32,000 bases of DNA from an uncultured Eubacteriales bacterium (GCA_900317375.1 ONGJ01000001.1:69262-101261); one strand, 5' to 3'; shown: positions 8,590-17,184, counted from the stretch's first letter. Numbers and translations: made by a program. The notes: a model not told the origin generated them from the letters alone.

Positions 8590-8618
8590 AATTTGTAAAT
8601 ATACTTTTTATACAAATT
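8590..8618 (+). promoter_or_regulatory. Perfect 8-bp inverted repeat at about +3 to +31 of the predicted fba transcript (candidate operator or leader hairpin)
   Basis: AATTTGTA (8590-8597) and TACAAATT (8611-8618) are separated by 13 nt, immediately downstream of the -10 element. Confidence 0.35.
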
Positions 8619-8648
8619 TTGTAATTGAATTAGAGGAGAGTAAAGATT

Positions 8649-9584
8649 ATGCCACTGGTAACAACGAAAGAAATGTTCGAGAAAGCGTATAAGGGCGGCT
8701 ATGCCATCGGCGCCTTTAACGTAAACAACATGGAGATCGTTCAGGGAATTACGGAAGCAGCCAAGGAACTGAATGCGCCGCTGATTCTTCAGGTATCGAA
8801 GGGTGCCCGGCAGTATGCCAACCATACCTATCTGATGAAGCTGGTGGAGGCCGCCGTCATTGAGACGGGTCTTCCGATCTGCCTGCATCTTGACCACGGC
8901 AACAGCTTTGAGCTCTGCAAATCCTGCATTGACGGCGGTTTCACCTCGGTCATGATCGATGCCTCGTCCAAGCCTTTTGAAGAGAACATTGCCCTGACCA
9001 GACAGGTCGTCGACTATGCCCATGACCATGGCGTGGTCGTCGAAGCGGAGCTGGGAACGCTGGCCGGCATCGAAGACGAGGTCAACGTCTCGGCAGAGGA
9101 CAGCTCGTACACCCGTCCGGAGGACGTGCAGGAATTTGTCCAGCGCACCGGCTGCGACTCGCTTGCCATCGCGATCGGGACCTCGCACGGCGCATACAAA
9201 TTCAAGCCCGGCACGGATCCGAAGCTGAGACTCGACATCCTGGAAGAGGTTGAAAAGCGCCTTCCCGGATTCCCGATCGTTCTTCACGGCTCGTCCTCCG
9301 TTCCGCAGGAATTTGTCAAAATCATCAATGAAAACGGCGGCAACATGCCCGGCGCCATCGGCATTCCGGAAGAGCAGCTGAGGCTTGCGGCACAGAAAGC
9401 CGTCTGCAAGATCAACATCGACTCGGATCTGCGTCTGGCTATGACGGCGAGCATCCGGAAGTACTTCAACGAGCATCCGGATCACTTTGATCCGCGCCAG
9501 TACCTCGGACCGGCGAGAGATGCCATTCGCGAGATGGTAAAGCATAAGATTACCGACGTTCTCGGCTGCGACGGCAAGGCATAA
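8649..9584 (+). CDS. fba: Fructose-1,6-bisphosphate aldolase, class II
   Basis: 311 aa. MPLVTTKEMFEKAYKGGYAIGAFNVNNMEIVQGI, LHLDHG, IGTSHGAYKF and VLHGSSS are class II FBA signatures. The SD is AGAGGAGAG. Confidence 0.93.
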   Translation: MPLVTTKEMFEKAYKGGYAIGAFNVNNMEIVQGITEAAKELNAPLILQVSKGARQYANHTYLMKLVEAAVIETGLPICLHLDHGNSFELCKSCIDGGFTSVMIDASSKPFEENIALTRQVVDYAHDHGVVVEAELGTLAGIEDEVNVSAEDSSYTRPEDVQEFVQRTGCDSLAIAIGTSHGAYKFKPGTDPKLRLDILEEVEKRLPGFPIVLHGSSSVPQEFVKIINENGGNMPGAIGIPEEQLRLAAQKAVCKINIDSDLRLAMTASIRKYFNEHPDHFDPRQYLGPARDAIREMVKHKITDVLGCDGKA

Positions 9585-9620
9585 GCAGGGAAGAAGCATT
9601 CCGAAAGGAGGAGGCATCGG

Positions 9621-11273
9621 GTGAGCCCTGAAAAGACGCGCGCGAAACACAGCGCGGAAAAAAACATGAAATTACAGGGCAGCTTTGAGGTCGCGTTACC
9701 GATCCGGCTCGGCATTGCCGCGGTTCTGGTAATCATCTCTGCGCTGTTCAAAATGCCTGTCCTTGTTCGTTATATTCTTCTGATCCTTTCCATTGTGGTT
9801 GCAGGGTACGACATTTTCCTGGCCTCCGTTGACGATATCGCCGCAAAGAAATACTTTTCCACATCCATCGTCATTCTCTTTGCGGCGGTTCTGGGCTTTG
9901 TCATCGGCTTCCCAACGGAGGCGGCGGTGATGGTCATCCTCTATCAGCTCTCCGGCATCCTGATCGACTATACGCGCAAACGCGCTCTGCAGTCTGCAAA
10001 AGAGCTGGTTAACGTCCAGGAAGAGGATGTCAAGACAAGAATTGAGGAGATCACCGCAGCCGAGAATGCCGGAGAGACCAACCTGCAGTTTACGCTGGAG
10101 AAGAGCGCAGCCTTTGTCCTTCGCTGTGTCGCCGTACTCGCCCTGCTTTATGCGCTGCTGATGCCCTTCGTGACGGGAATCAGCTTCCGTGTTTCTTTTC
10201 ATCGGGCGCTGATGATTCTGCTGGTTTCTTCGCCGATGTCTGTGGGTGTGTCCTTTCCGGTTGTCGGAATCAGCGCGCTCTATTACAGCGCCAGAAACGG
10301 GATCCTGTTCAACAGCGCCCGTGTGATGGAGCAGGCAACCGAACTGAATGTCGCCCTGTTTGACAAGGCCGGCGTTTTTTCGGAAGAAGCACCGCATGTG
10401 ATCGGTCTGCAGTCGGATGTCCTGGATAAGAAAACGTTCCTGAATTTTCTGGCGCATGCCGTCTATTATTCGGATCAGCCCTTTGCGAAAGCCATTTCCG
10501 ATTATTACAATCAGGAATATAAGCTGGAACTGATCAACAACTTTGAAGAAATACCGGGCAGCGGGGTCATGCTTGAGATCGGGCATGCTCCGGTGGTCCT
10601 GGCAACAAAGAGCTATTTTGATACCCACGAGATCGCCATTCCGGACCGTAACAGTTCTGACGGCATTTCCTATTATATGACCATTGCCGGCAGGTATGTG
10701 GGCCGGGTTGTCATCTCGTCCGAGATCAACCAGGAGGCAGAAACCCTCGTTGAGGAAATGAACCGCGCTGGTTTTACCAGGAACATCCTGCTCACCGAAG
10801 ACGGGAACGAGCAGAGCCAGGCGGCAGCGGAATCGCTGCATTTTTCCGAGGTCGTCGGAGAATGCGATGTTGACAAAAAGCTTCGTCTGATCAGCGATAT
10901 CAGCCAGACCGGGAAAAACAAATGCGTTTTCATCTATGCCAACGGCATCGAGGGACACAGCGCCGCAGCGCTTGACATGCGGGTGAGCCGGAAAGGGAAG
11001 TATGCCGATGCTCTGGTCATCCCGGAGTCGTATCTGAACATTCCTATGGGTATTCAGATCTGCCGCAGAATGCTGGAGCTGCTTCGTGAGAATGCGATCT
11101 TTGCCATCGCTGTGAAAGCCATTCTGATTTTCCTCAGCTTCATCGGTTACAGCACGCTGTGGTTTGTCGTTTTCATTGATACGGTTACGGCACTGGCAAC
11201 CCTGCTGAATGCGATCCGCGTGACAACACCCTCGCTTCTCGCAAAAAGCAAGGATAACGATGACGAGGACTGA
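9621..11273 (+). CDS. P1B-type (heavy-metal) P-type ATPase homologue, degenerate: no actuator domain and mutated catalytic motifs
   Basis: 550 aa. The GTG at 9621 is preceded by AAGGAGGAGG with a 6-nt spacing. The 8-TM P1B layout is recognisable (AGYDIFLASVDDI..., EAAVMVILYQ). DKTGT reads DKAGV, CPC reads SPM, TGD reads TED and GDGxND reads ANGIEG. The TM2-TM3 loop is too short to hold a TGES domain. Confidence 0.75.
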   Translation: MSPEKTRAKHSAEKNMKLQGSFEVALPIRLGIAAVLVIISALFKMPVLVRYILLILSIVVAGYDIFLASVDDIAAKKYFSTSIVILFAAVLGFVIGFPTEAAVMVILYQLSGILIDYTRKRALQSAKELVNVQEEDVKTRIEEITAAENAGETNLQFTLEKSAAFVLRCVAVLALLYALLMPFVTGISFRVSFHRALMILLVSSPMSVGVSFPVVGISALYYSARNGILFNSARVMEQATELNVALFDKAGVFSEEAPHVIGLQSDVLDKKTFLNFLAHAVYYSDQPFAKAISDYYNQEYKLELINNFEEIPGSGVMLEIGHAPVVLATKSYFDTHEIAIPDRNSSDGISYYMTIAGRYVGRVVISSEINQEAETLVEEMNRAGFTRNILLTEDGNEQSQAAAESLHFSEVVGECDVDKKLRLISDISQTGKNKCVFIYANGIEGHSAAALDMRVSRKGKYADALVIPESYLNIPMGIQICRRMLELLRENAIFAIAVKAILIFLSFIGYSTLWFVVFIDTVTALATLLNAIRVTTPSLLAKSKDNDDED

Positions 11274-11290
11274 AAAGCAGGAAAGAAGAA

Positions 11291-11319
11291 GGAATCCGAG
11301 ATTTCGGATTCCTTTTTTT
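11291..11319 (+). terminator. Intrinsic terminator of the ATPase-like gene
   Basis: GGAATCCGA (11291-11299), loop GATT, TCGGATTCC (11304-11312), followed by T7. Confidence 0.9.
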
Positions 11320-11320
11320 A

Positions 11321-11349
11321 TTGACAGACAGACATCGGTCTGCTATACT
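11321..11349 (+). promoter_or_regulatory. Sigma-A-like promoter of the Xer-family recombinase gene
   Basis: Consensus TTGACA (11321-11326), a 17-nt spacer, then TATACT (11344-11349), immediately after the terminator. AAGGAGGG is the SD before the ATG at 11407. Confidence 0.75.
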
Positions 11350-11406
11350 GAATTTACCAGTTGATTCGCATAATATAAATTAAACGAACTTACAAGGAGG
11401 GAAATC

Positions 11407-12396
11407 ATGAACCTCGATCAAATAAGCGATGCGCCGGATATCCTGATGGAATTCCTGGAATACCACTCTACGGTGCGCGGTCACTCCGACCAGACAGTCA
11501 TGGGATACTATCTCGATCTGAAAATTCTGTTTCGCTATCTGAAGCGCAGGCGCAAACTGGTTGACCCGTCGGTTCCGTTTTCAGAGATTGATATATCGGA
11601 TGTCGATCTGGACTTTATCAAAAAGACAAAAATCGAAGAGCTTTACCGGTATCAGTCCTTTTCACCGGAGATGATCAACTCTTCCCAGTCGCTGTCTGCC
11701 GCCAGCCGCTGCCGGCGTACCTCGTCGGTAAAATCCTTCTTCAATTATCTGACTGTCAAGCGGCATCTGCTGGACAGCAATATTTGTCAAGAACTTGACA
11801 TGCCGAAGCGTCAGCAATCGCTGCCGCGCTATCTGGAGGAATCCGAATGCGAAGCGCTGCTGCACGTCTGCGACGGTCCTTACGGCCTGCGGGACTACTG
11901 CATGCTGATGATCCTTCTGTGCTGCGGCCTGCGCGTATCGGAGCTGGTATCGCTCAATACAACAGACATCTATGAGGACCATCTGCGGGTCATCGGCAAA
12001 GGCAACAAGGAACGCGTGGTCTTTTTCGCAGATGGCTGCCGCGAGGCAATCGACGACTATCTGGCGGTCAGAAACCCGGAAAAAATCGTCCCGGAAGACA
12101 GAAATGCCCTGTTTATCAGCCGGGATAACCGGCGGATCAGCGTCCGGGGCGTACAAAAAATGCTGGAAAAAAAGCTGAAAGCGGCCGGACTGGATGCCAG
12201 CCGCTATTCCCCGCACAAGCTGCGCCATACAGCGGCCACGCTGATGCTGAAAAACGGCGTGGATACCCGCGCACTGCAGGAGGTTCTCGGCCACAGCAAC
12301 CTGAATACCACACAGATTTATACGCACCTGGACAACGCAGCCCTGCGTGAGGCGGCCAAAGCAAACCCAATCGGCAGAAAAAATCACAAATCCTGA
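11407..12396 (+). CDS. Tyrosine recombinase, XerC/XerD family (paralogue with enlarged N-terminal domain)
   Basis: 329 aa. Catalytic residues: R in GLRVSEL, K in GKGNKER, HKLRHTAAT, LGHSNLNTTQIYTH. The N-terminal core-binding domain carries an extra Ser-rich segment (FSPEMINSSQSLSAASRCRRTSS). Confidence 0.8.
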   Translation: MNLDQISDAPDILMEFLEYHSTVRGHSDQTVMGYYLDLKILFRYLKRRRKLVDPSVPFSEIDISDVDLDFIKKTKIEELYRYQSFSPEMINSSQSLSAASRCRRTSSVKSFFNYLTVKRHLLDSNICQELDMPKRQQSLPRYLEESECEALLHVCDGPYGLRDYCMLMILLCCGLRVSELVSLNTTDIYEDHLRVIGKGNKERVVFFADGCREAIDDYLAVRNPEKIVPEDRNALFISRDNRRISVRGVQKMLEKKLKAAGLDASRYSPHKLRHTAATLMLKNGVDTRALQEVLGHSNLNTTQIYTHLDNAALREAAKANPIGRKNHKS

Positions 12397-13781
12397 CGTT
12401 TTTTTCCTAAAACTGAGGAAATTGCCTGGCTGATGTTCTTTACAGAGATCAGGGTAAAGTCATCGGGAACCTGCGGGCTCTCCCGTCCTCCGGACGGGAT
12501 CACGCATTTTTTGAAGCCGAGCCGATAGATTTCCGAAAGCCTTTGATTCAGAGCGCTGACCTGACGGAGTTCTCCGGAAAGACCGACCTCGCCGATCGCC
12601 GCTACATCGGAGCCAAGCGCCCGGTCCAGATAGCTGGATGCAAGAGACAGAACGGTGGCCAGGTCCGCCGATGTCTCGTCGATGGTCAGGCCGCCGACAA
12701 CGTTGATATAGGCATCGCAGGAGCCGACGGGAATGCCGCCGCGCTTTTCCAGCACGGCCAGAAGCATGGCGGCGCGGTTATAGTCAACGCCGTTGCTCCT
12801 CCTGGCGGCATTGTGCCCGCCCTGGCTGACCAGAGCCTGGATCTCGGCAAGGATCGGCCGGCTTCCCTCCATGACACAGGTGACGCAGGTTCCGGAACAG
12901 TTTTCCGGCCGCCCGGAGAGCAGCATCTCGGAGGGGTTTTCAACGCATCGGAGCCCCGAGGCAGCCATTTCAAATACACCGATTTCGTTGGTGGAGCCAA
13001 AGCGGTTTTTGGCCGCGCGAAGAATGCGAAAGCTTGTCTCGCGCTCGCCTTCAAAGTAGAGGACGCAGTCGACCATGTGCTCCAGAATCTTCGGTCCTGC
13101 CAGCATGCCGTCCTTCGTGATGTGGCCGATCAGAAAGACGGTGATCCCCCTGTCCTTGGTCATGCGCATGATATGCATGGTGCATTCCCGAATCTGGCTG
13201 GGGCTTCCGGGGGCCGAGGCGATCTCTGCATCGGATACCGTCTGGATCGAATCGATAATAACGACATCGGGTGAAAGCTCTTCCACGGCTCGGCGAATGG
13301 CAGAGAGGTCGGTTTCGGCAAAAACAAAGAGGCTGCCGTTTTCGACCCGGAGCCTGTCGGCGCGCATTTTGATCTGGCGTTCGCTCTCTTCGCCGGTGAC
13401 ATAAAGAATACTGCGTTGAGAAGGAATCAGACCGCACATCTGAAGAAGCAGGGTCGATTTTCCGATGCCCGGCGAACCGCCGACCAGAACCAGCGACCCG
13501 CACACGGCACCGCCGCCGAGAACGCGGTCCAATTCGCTGATCCCGGTGGAAAAACGAAGCTCAGCGTCGGTTTTCAGTTCACCGATCCGCTGCGGACGGT
13601 GAACCGACCCGTCACGCTCGGCATAGCCGCCGCTGCGGCTGCCGGAACCGCCCTTGCTGGCCGGATCCAGACGCAGTTCTTTCAGACTGTTCCACGCGCC
13701 GCAGCTGGGGCACTTCCCTGCCCAGTTTGCTGTCTCGCTGCCGCATTCCGAACAGCAATAGACCGTTTTTGTTTTCGCCAT
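12384..13781 (-). CDS. radA: DNA repair protein RadA/Sms
   Basis: 465 aa. N-terminal zinc ribbon YCCSECGSETANWAGKCPSCGAWNS, Walker A GGSPGIGKST, the KNRFG motif and a Lon-like C-terminal domain. The 3' end overlaps the convergent Xer gene by 13 bp. Confidence 0.95.
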   Translation of the reverse strand: MAKTKTVYCCSECGSETANWAGKCPSCGAWNSLKELRLDPASKGGSGSRSGGYAERDGSVHRPQRIGELKTDAELRFSTGISELDRVLGGGAVCGSLVLVGGSPGIGKSTLLLQMCGLIPSQRSILYVTGEESERQIKMRADRLRVENGSLFVFAETDLSAIRRAVEELSPDVVIIDSIQTVSDAEIASAPGSPSQIRECTMHIMRMTKDRGITVFLIGHITKDGMLAGPKILEHMVDCVLYFEGERETSFRILRAAKNRFGSTNEIGVFEMAASGLRCVENPSEMLLSGRPENCSGTCVTCVMEGSRPILAEIQALVSQGGHNAARRSNGVDYNRAAMLLAVLEKRGGIPVGSCDAYINVVGGLTIDETSADLATVLSLASSYLDRALGSDVAAIGEVGLSGELRQVSALNQRLSEIYRLGFKKCVIPSGGRESPQVPDDFTLISVKNISQAISSVLGKKRQDL

Positions 13782-13809
13782 GGGCTTTGCACCTCAAGTT
13801 TGTGAATAA

Positions 13810-14574
13810 TCAGGCAAATTGAATCAATTGCCGATGTCTCCTGCTGCGCACGGTTTCCACCTCAGGGAATGCCTCCTGCAGCTGAAGCTGAAGCACGGAA
13901 AGCACCGGGTTTTCGGTACAGAAATGATCGCCGTCGATCAGGTTCAGTCCCAGCTCCTGCGCCAGAAGGAAGTCGTGATACTTCAGATCGGCGGTGACAT
14001 AGGTATCGCAGCCTTTTTGCCAGGCATCGCGTATGGCAGAGCCGCCGGCACCGCCCATCACGGCAAGCCGCCGGACCTCACGCCCAGCATCCAGAAAGCG
14101 CAGGCCGTTGGTCTGCAGCTTTTCCCTGCACATCACGAGGAAATCCGGCATGGGAACGGAGCGACTGTATTCACCGATTCTTCCGCAGCCAGAGCTGTCC
14201 AGCGCCTCCAGAGGCTCCGTGCCGAGAAGACGGATGAGAACGTCATTCACCCCGCCGTCAGCGATATCCAGATTGGTATGAAAGCTGAGTACGGCAATCC
14301 CGGAGCGGATCAGCGCATAGAGCTTTTCCGTTTCCGGAGAGCAGGTCAGATTCCGAATCGGGTGAAAAATCAGAGGATGGTGCGACACAATCAGCTGCGC
14401 ACCGATGTCTCTCGCCTCGGAGACAACCGCATCGGTGACATCAAGGGCCAGCAGCACTTTGGATACGGGGACTTCCGGCGCGCCGATCAGCATGCCGGAA
14501 TTGTCAAACTCCATCTGCAGGTTCAGCGGTGCCAGTGTCTGCAGATACCGATAGATTTCTTCAACGGTCGGCAT
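13810..14574 (-). CDS. Nif3-like dinuclear metal centre protein (YqfO/YbgI family)
   Basis: MPTVEEIYRYLQTLAPLNLQMEFDNSGMLIG..., VSHHPLIF, HTNLD and GDHF are Nif3 family motifs. The ATG at 14574 (GGAGGA upstream) overlaps the trmK stop. The ORF-track start at 14730 lies inside trmK. Confidence 0.85.
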   Translation of the reverse strand: MPTVEEIYRYLQTLAPLNLQMEFDNSGMLIGAPEVPVSKVLLALDVTDAVVSEARDIGAQLIVSHHPLIFHPIRNLTCSPETEKLYALIRSGIAVLSFHTNLDIADGGVNDVLIRLLGTEPLEALDSSGCGRIGEYSRSVPMPDFLVMCREKLQTNGLRFLDAGREVRRLAVMGGAGGSAIRDAWQKGCDTYVTADLKYHDFLLAQELGLNLIDGDHFCTENPVLSVLQLQLQEAFPEVETVRSRRHRQLIQFA

Positions 14575-15250
14575 TGTTTTCCAGATCCTCCAATTCCAGC
14601 AGAATATTCTTATAAAACCGAAAGGCCGGGCTGTCTTCCTGTCCGGCTTTCTGCATCCCTGCGGTTTTCTTCCGGAGGCGCGCGCGCTCATGCTGCAGCA
14701 GAAGCCTGCGATCATCGCCCAGGGAAACACAGGCCCGGTTTCCCGTCAGATACTCTGCATCGGTATACGCCCTGTCTTTCCCGGGCGAGGCACAGAACAT
14801 CTGATAGACATGCTCCCCTTCTGCGATCACTGCCTCACGGGTGATTTGAAACGCATTGTGAACCAGCCAGAAGCGGAGCACCTCCGCATGGGTCATCGGC
14901 TGAAGAACGAGGCGGTAAGTCCCTGAAAAAAGCCATTCTGCCCGATCAAGAATACCGCAGATCGTATCCCCGCCCATGCCCGCAATCAGAACCGTGTCAA
15001 CTGCATCCGGCGGACAGAGCGCAAGCCCGTCACAGCAAAGAAAGCGTATGCGGTGTTCAACGCCGTGCTCACAGGCGGCTAGCCGCGCCATCTGAAGCGG
15101 CGCTTGAGCGATATCGGAAGCAAGGATATTCCCCTGCCACGCGCTTACAGCCAGGCGGATCGGGATCTGCGCATGATCTGTGCCAACGTCGATGAACCCG
15201 CGCCCCTCCGCGGGAAGCAGCCGAAAGAGCATATCCAGTCGTCTGTTCAT
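14561..15250 (-). CDS. trmK: tRNA (adenine22-N1)-methyltransferase
   Basis: 229 aa. FIDVGTDHAQIPIRL and IAGMGGDTI are typical of TrmK/YqfN, and the trmK-nif3 pairing is conserved. The SD is AAAGGAG. Confidence 0.85.
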   Translation of the reverse strand: MNRRLDMLFRLLPAEGRGFIDVGTDHAQIPIRLAVSAWQGNILASDIAQAPLQMARLAACEHGVEHRIRFLCCDGLALCPPDAVDTVLIAGMGGDTICGILDRAEWLFSGTYRLVLQPMTHAEVLRFWLVHNAFQITREAVIAEGEHVYQMFCASPGKDRAYTDAEYLTGNRACVSLGDDRRLLLQHERARLRKKTAGMQKAGQEDSPAFRFYKNILLELEDLENNADR

Positions 15251-15263
15251 ATCTGTCTCCTTT

Positions 15264-15287
15264 AAAAAAGGGCCGGTCAGCCGGTCC
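15264..15287 (-). terminator. Intrinsic terminator after the DUF1858 gene
   Basis: The minus-strand RNA reads GGACCGG-CUGA-CCGGCCC (one A.C mismatch) followed by U6 (plus-strand A6 at 15264-15269). Confidence 0.6.
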
Positions 15288-15293
15288 TTTTCT

Positions 15294-15506
15294 TCAGACG
15301 GTCTCCAGATATGCGGTCAGGTAATCGAGAAACTCGTCCGGGTCGACACCGTGGGATGCACAGGCCTGTTCCAGGGTTTCACCGCTTGCCATCACGCAGC
15401 CGATGCAGTGCATGCCGATCTCCTGAAAGAGCGGCATTGCCTCCGGACAGTTTTCCACAATTTCGCCGATGAGCGTATCGCGGGTAATCTCCATGATGAC
15501 TGCCAT
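15294..15506 (-). CDS. DUF1858 / hybrid-cluster-protein-associated redox-disulfide-domain small protein
   Basis: The core is MEITRDTLIGEIVENCPEAMPLFQEIGMHCIGCVMASGETLEQACASHGVDPDEF, with the characteristic GMHCxGC. The start is at 15506 or 15494. The ORF-track start at 15593 runs through the upstream terminator. Confidence 0.7.
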   Translation of the reverse strand: MAVIMEITRDTLIGEIVENCPEAMPLFQEIGMHCIGCVMASGETLEQACASHGVDPDEFLDYLTAYLETV

Positions 15507-15519
15507 CCTTTCCGTGGAT

Positions 15520-15548
15520 AAAAAAACGGGATGCATCTCTGCATCCCG
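15520..15548 (-). terminator. Intrinsic terminator after the zinc-ribbon gene
   Basis: The stem CGGGATGCA (15527-15535) / TGCATCCCG (15540-15548) has a 4-nt loop. On the minus strand it is followed by U7 (plus-strand A7 at 15520-15526). Confidence 0.8.
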
Positions 15549-15562
15549 GTAAAAAAACTTGT

Positions 15563-15841
15563 TTACGCCTGCTCTTTCATTCTTGCGAAGCACTCGCTGC
15601 AGTAAACCGGGCGATCGGACTTCGGCTCAAAAGGAACTCTCGCCTCGCCGCCGCAAGCAGCACAGACAGCGGTAAAGAACTCACGCGGACCGCGGGCAGC
15701 ATTCTTGCGCGCGTCACGGCAGGCCTTGCAGCGCTGCGGCTCATTCTGGAAACCGCGCTCGGCATAGAACTCCTGCTCACCGGCAGTGAAAACGAATTCA
15801 TTCCCACACTCTTTGCAAACCAATGTTTTGTCTTCGTACAT
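15563..15841 (-). CDS. Small zinc-ribbon protein (double CxxC, zf-trcl-like)
   Basis: 92 aa. MYEDKTLVCKECGNEFVFTAGEQEFYAERGFQNEPQRCKACRDARK plus a second CAACGG...YCSECF pair. The SD AGAGAGGA lies 7 nt before the ATG at 15841. The ORF-track N-terminal extension has no support. Confidence 0.8.
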   Translation of the reverse strand: MYEDKTLVCKECGNEFVFTAGEQEFYAERGFQNEPQRCKACRDARKNAARGPREFFTAVCAACGGEARVPFEPKSDRPVYCSECFARMKEQA

Positions 15842-16050
15842 TTTGAATCCTCTCTTTAAATCTGTTGTCCTGTGGACTGTATTTGCGATCAGTTGATACT
15901 GAAAACGCCGAAATAATTGGTACGCCTGCGCCAGCATCCTCAGAACGACAAGCATGATGCATCTGAGAGGAAGTATATGCTGTGTAGGGCAGTGAATCGA
16001 GCCGATCAAATGAAAGGGAACCGAACCTTCCTTCAAAAAGCTCAAGAAAT

Positions 16051-16078
16051 ATTATACAACACAATCATTCAAAGTCAA
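16051..16078 (-). promoter_or_regulatory. Sigma-A-like promoter about 200 nt upstream of the zinc-ribbon CDS
   Basis: The minus strand reads TTGACT (16078-16073), a 16-nt spacer, then consensus TATAAT (16056-16051), in the AT-rich segment after the ruvB stop. Confidence 0.65.
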
Positions 16079-16120
16079 TAGAGAATTTAAAGTTTGTTCA
16101 TTCTTTTTTTGAGAAAAGAA

Positions 16121-17161
16121 TCAGAATTCCAGCTGCTCATTCCCCGGGAAAAGCATGCCGAGATGCTCATAGGCTTTCCGCGTAACGCATCTGCCCCTCG
16201 GTGTTCTTGTGAGGAAACCGTTCTGCAGCAGGTAGGGCTCATAGACATCCTCGAGGGTGACCGCGTCTTCGTTGATGGTCGCGGCAAGCGTATCCAGGCC
16301 AACCGGACCGCCGCCGTAGTATTCCATGATGCTGCGCATCATCCGCCTGTCCAGCGCGTCCAGACCGCAGCGGTCCACCTCAAGGCTGACAAGCGCGGCA
16401 TCGGCAACCGCCTTCGTGATGACACCGTCTGCGCGGACCTGGGCATAATCCCTCACCCGTTTCAGGAGACGGTTCGCGATTCGCGGGGTCCCCCGGGAGC
16501 GGGAAGCAATCTCATACGAACCGTCCGGCTCGATATCCACATGCAGAATCTCGGCCGTGCGTTCAACAATCTGCTGCAGCTCTTCCGGGGTATAAAGCTC
16601 CAGACGGAGCGTCACGCCAAAGCGATCCCGCAGAGGAGCGGTCAGCTGTCCGGACCGGGTGGTGGCGCCGATCAGGGTAAAGCGCGGCAGATCCAGATGG
16701 ATGGCGTTTGCCGAGGGCCCTTTGCCGATAATGATGTCAATGGCAAAGTCCTCCATGGCGGGATAGAGAATCTCTTCATATGCCCGGTTCAGACGGTGAA
16801 TCTCATCAACGAAGAGGATATCCCCTTCCGACAGATTGGTCAGCAGTGCGACAAGATCACCGGGCTTTTCAATGGCAGGACCGGAGGTGATGCGCATGTT
16901 GACGTTCATCTCATGCGCAATCACGCCTGCCAGCGTTGTTTTGCCGAGCCCCGGAGGACCGTGCAGAAGAACATGATCCAGCGGTTCCTTTCTCATCTTT
17001 GCGGCATTGATAAAAACCTGAAGATTATCCTTCGCCTTTTCCTGGCCAATGTATTCCTGTATCGTCCTAGGGCGAAGAGAGCCCTCCGTGCTGTCCTCGG
17101 GAAGAACGGCGGCAGTGGTGATCTGGGCGTGTTCCTGATCCTCAGAAAAACTGATACTCAT
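16121..17161 (-). CDS. ruvB: Holliday junction branch migration helicase RuvB
   Basis: 346 aa. [16 protein letters not shown], Walker [12 protein letters not shown], Walker [10 protein letters not shown], and the [16 protein letters not shown] sensor/arginine region. Confidence 0.97.
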   Translation of the reverse strand: MSISFSEDQEHAQITTAAVLPEDSTEGSLRPRTIQEYIGQEKAKDNLQVFINAAKMRKEPLDHVLLHGPPGLGKTTLAGVIAHEMNVNMRITSGPAIEKPGDLVALLTNLSEGDILFVDEIHRLNRAYEEILYPAMEDFAIDIIIGKGPSANAIHLDLPRFTLIGATTRSGQLTAPLRDRFGVTLRLELYTPEELQQIVERTAEILHVDIEPDGSYEIASRSRGTPRIANRLLKRVRDYAQVRADGVITKAVADAALVSLEVDRCGLDALDRRMMRSIMEYYGGGPVGLDTLAATINEDAVTLEDVYEPYLLQNGFLTRTPRGRCVTRKAYEHLGMLFPGNEQLEF

Positions 17162-17184
17162 ACGTTAGACACCGTCCCTTCGTA

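Noticed and set aside
8590-8618. The palindrome as a Rex box or CcpA cre site
   Set aside because: The half-sites TTTGTA/TACAAA with 13-nt spacing fit neither the Rex TTGTGAA-N6-TTCACAA geometry nor the cre consensus WTGNAANCGNWNNCW. It is kept only as an unassigned inverted repeat.
7372-10958. Long ORFs 7372..8523 (+), 8541..9650 (-) and 9696..10958 (-)
   Set aside because: Each is the mirror frame of a well-supported gene (pfp, fba and the P-type ATPase homologue). None has domain signatures or a plausible ribosome-binding site.
11662-14844. ORFs 11662..12387 (-), 12543..13274 (+) and 13819..14844 (+)
   Set aside because: They are antisense to the Xer paralogue, radA and nif3/trmK respectively, and are treated as shadow ORFs.
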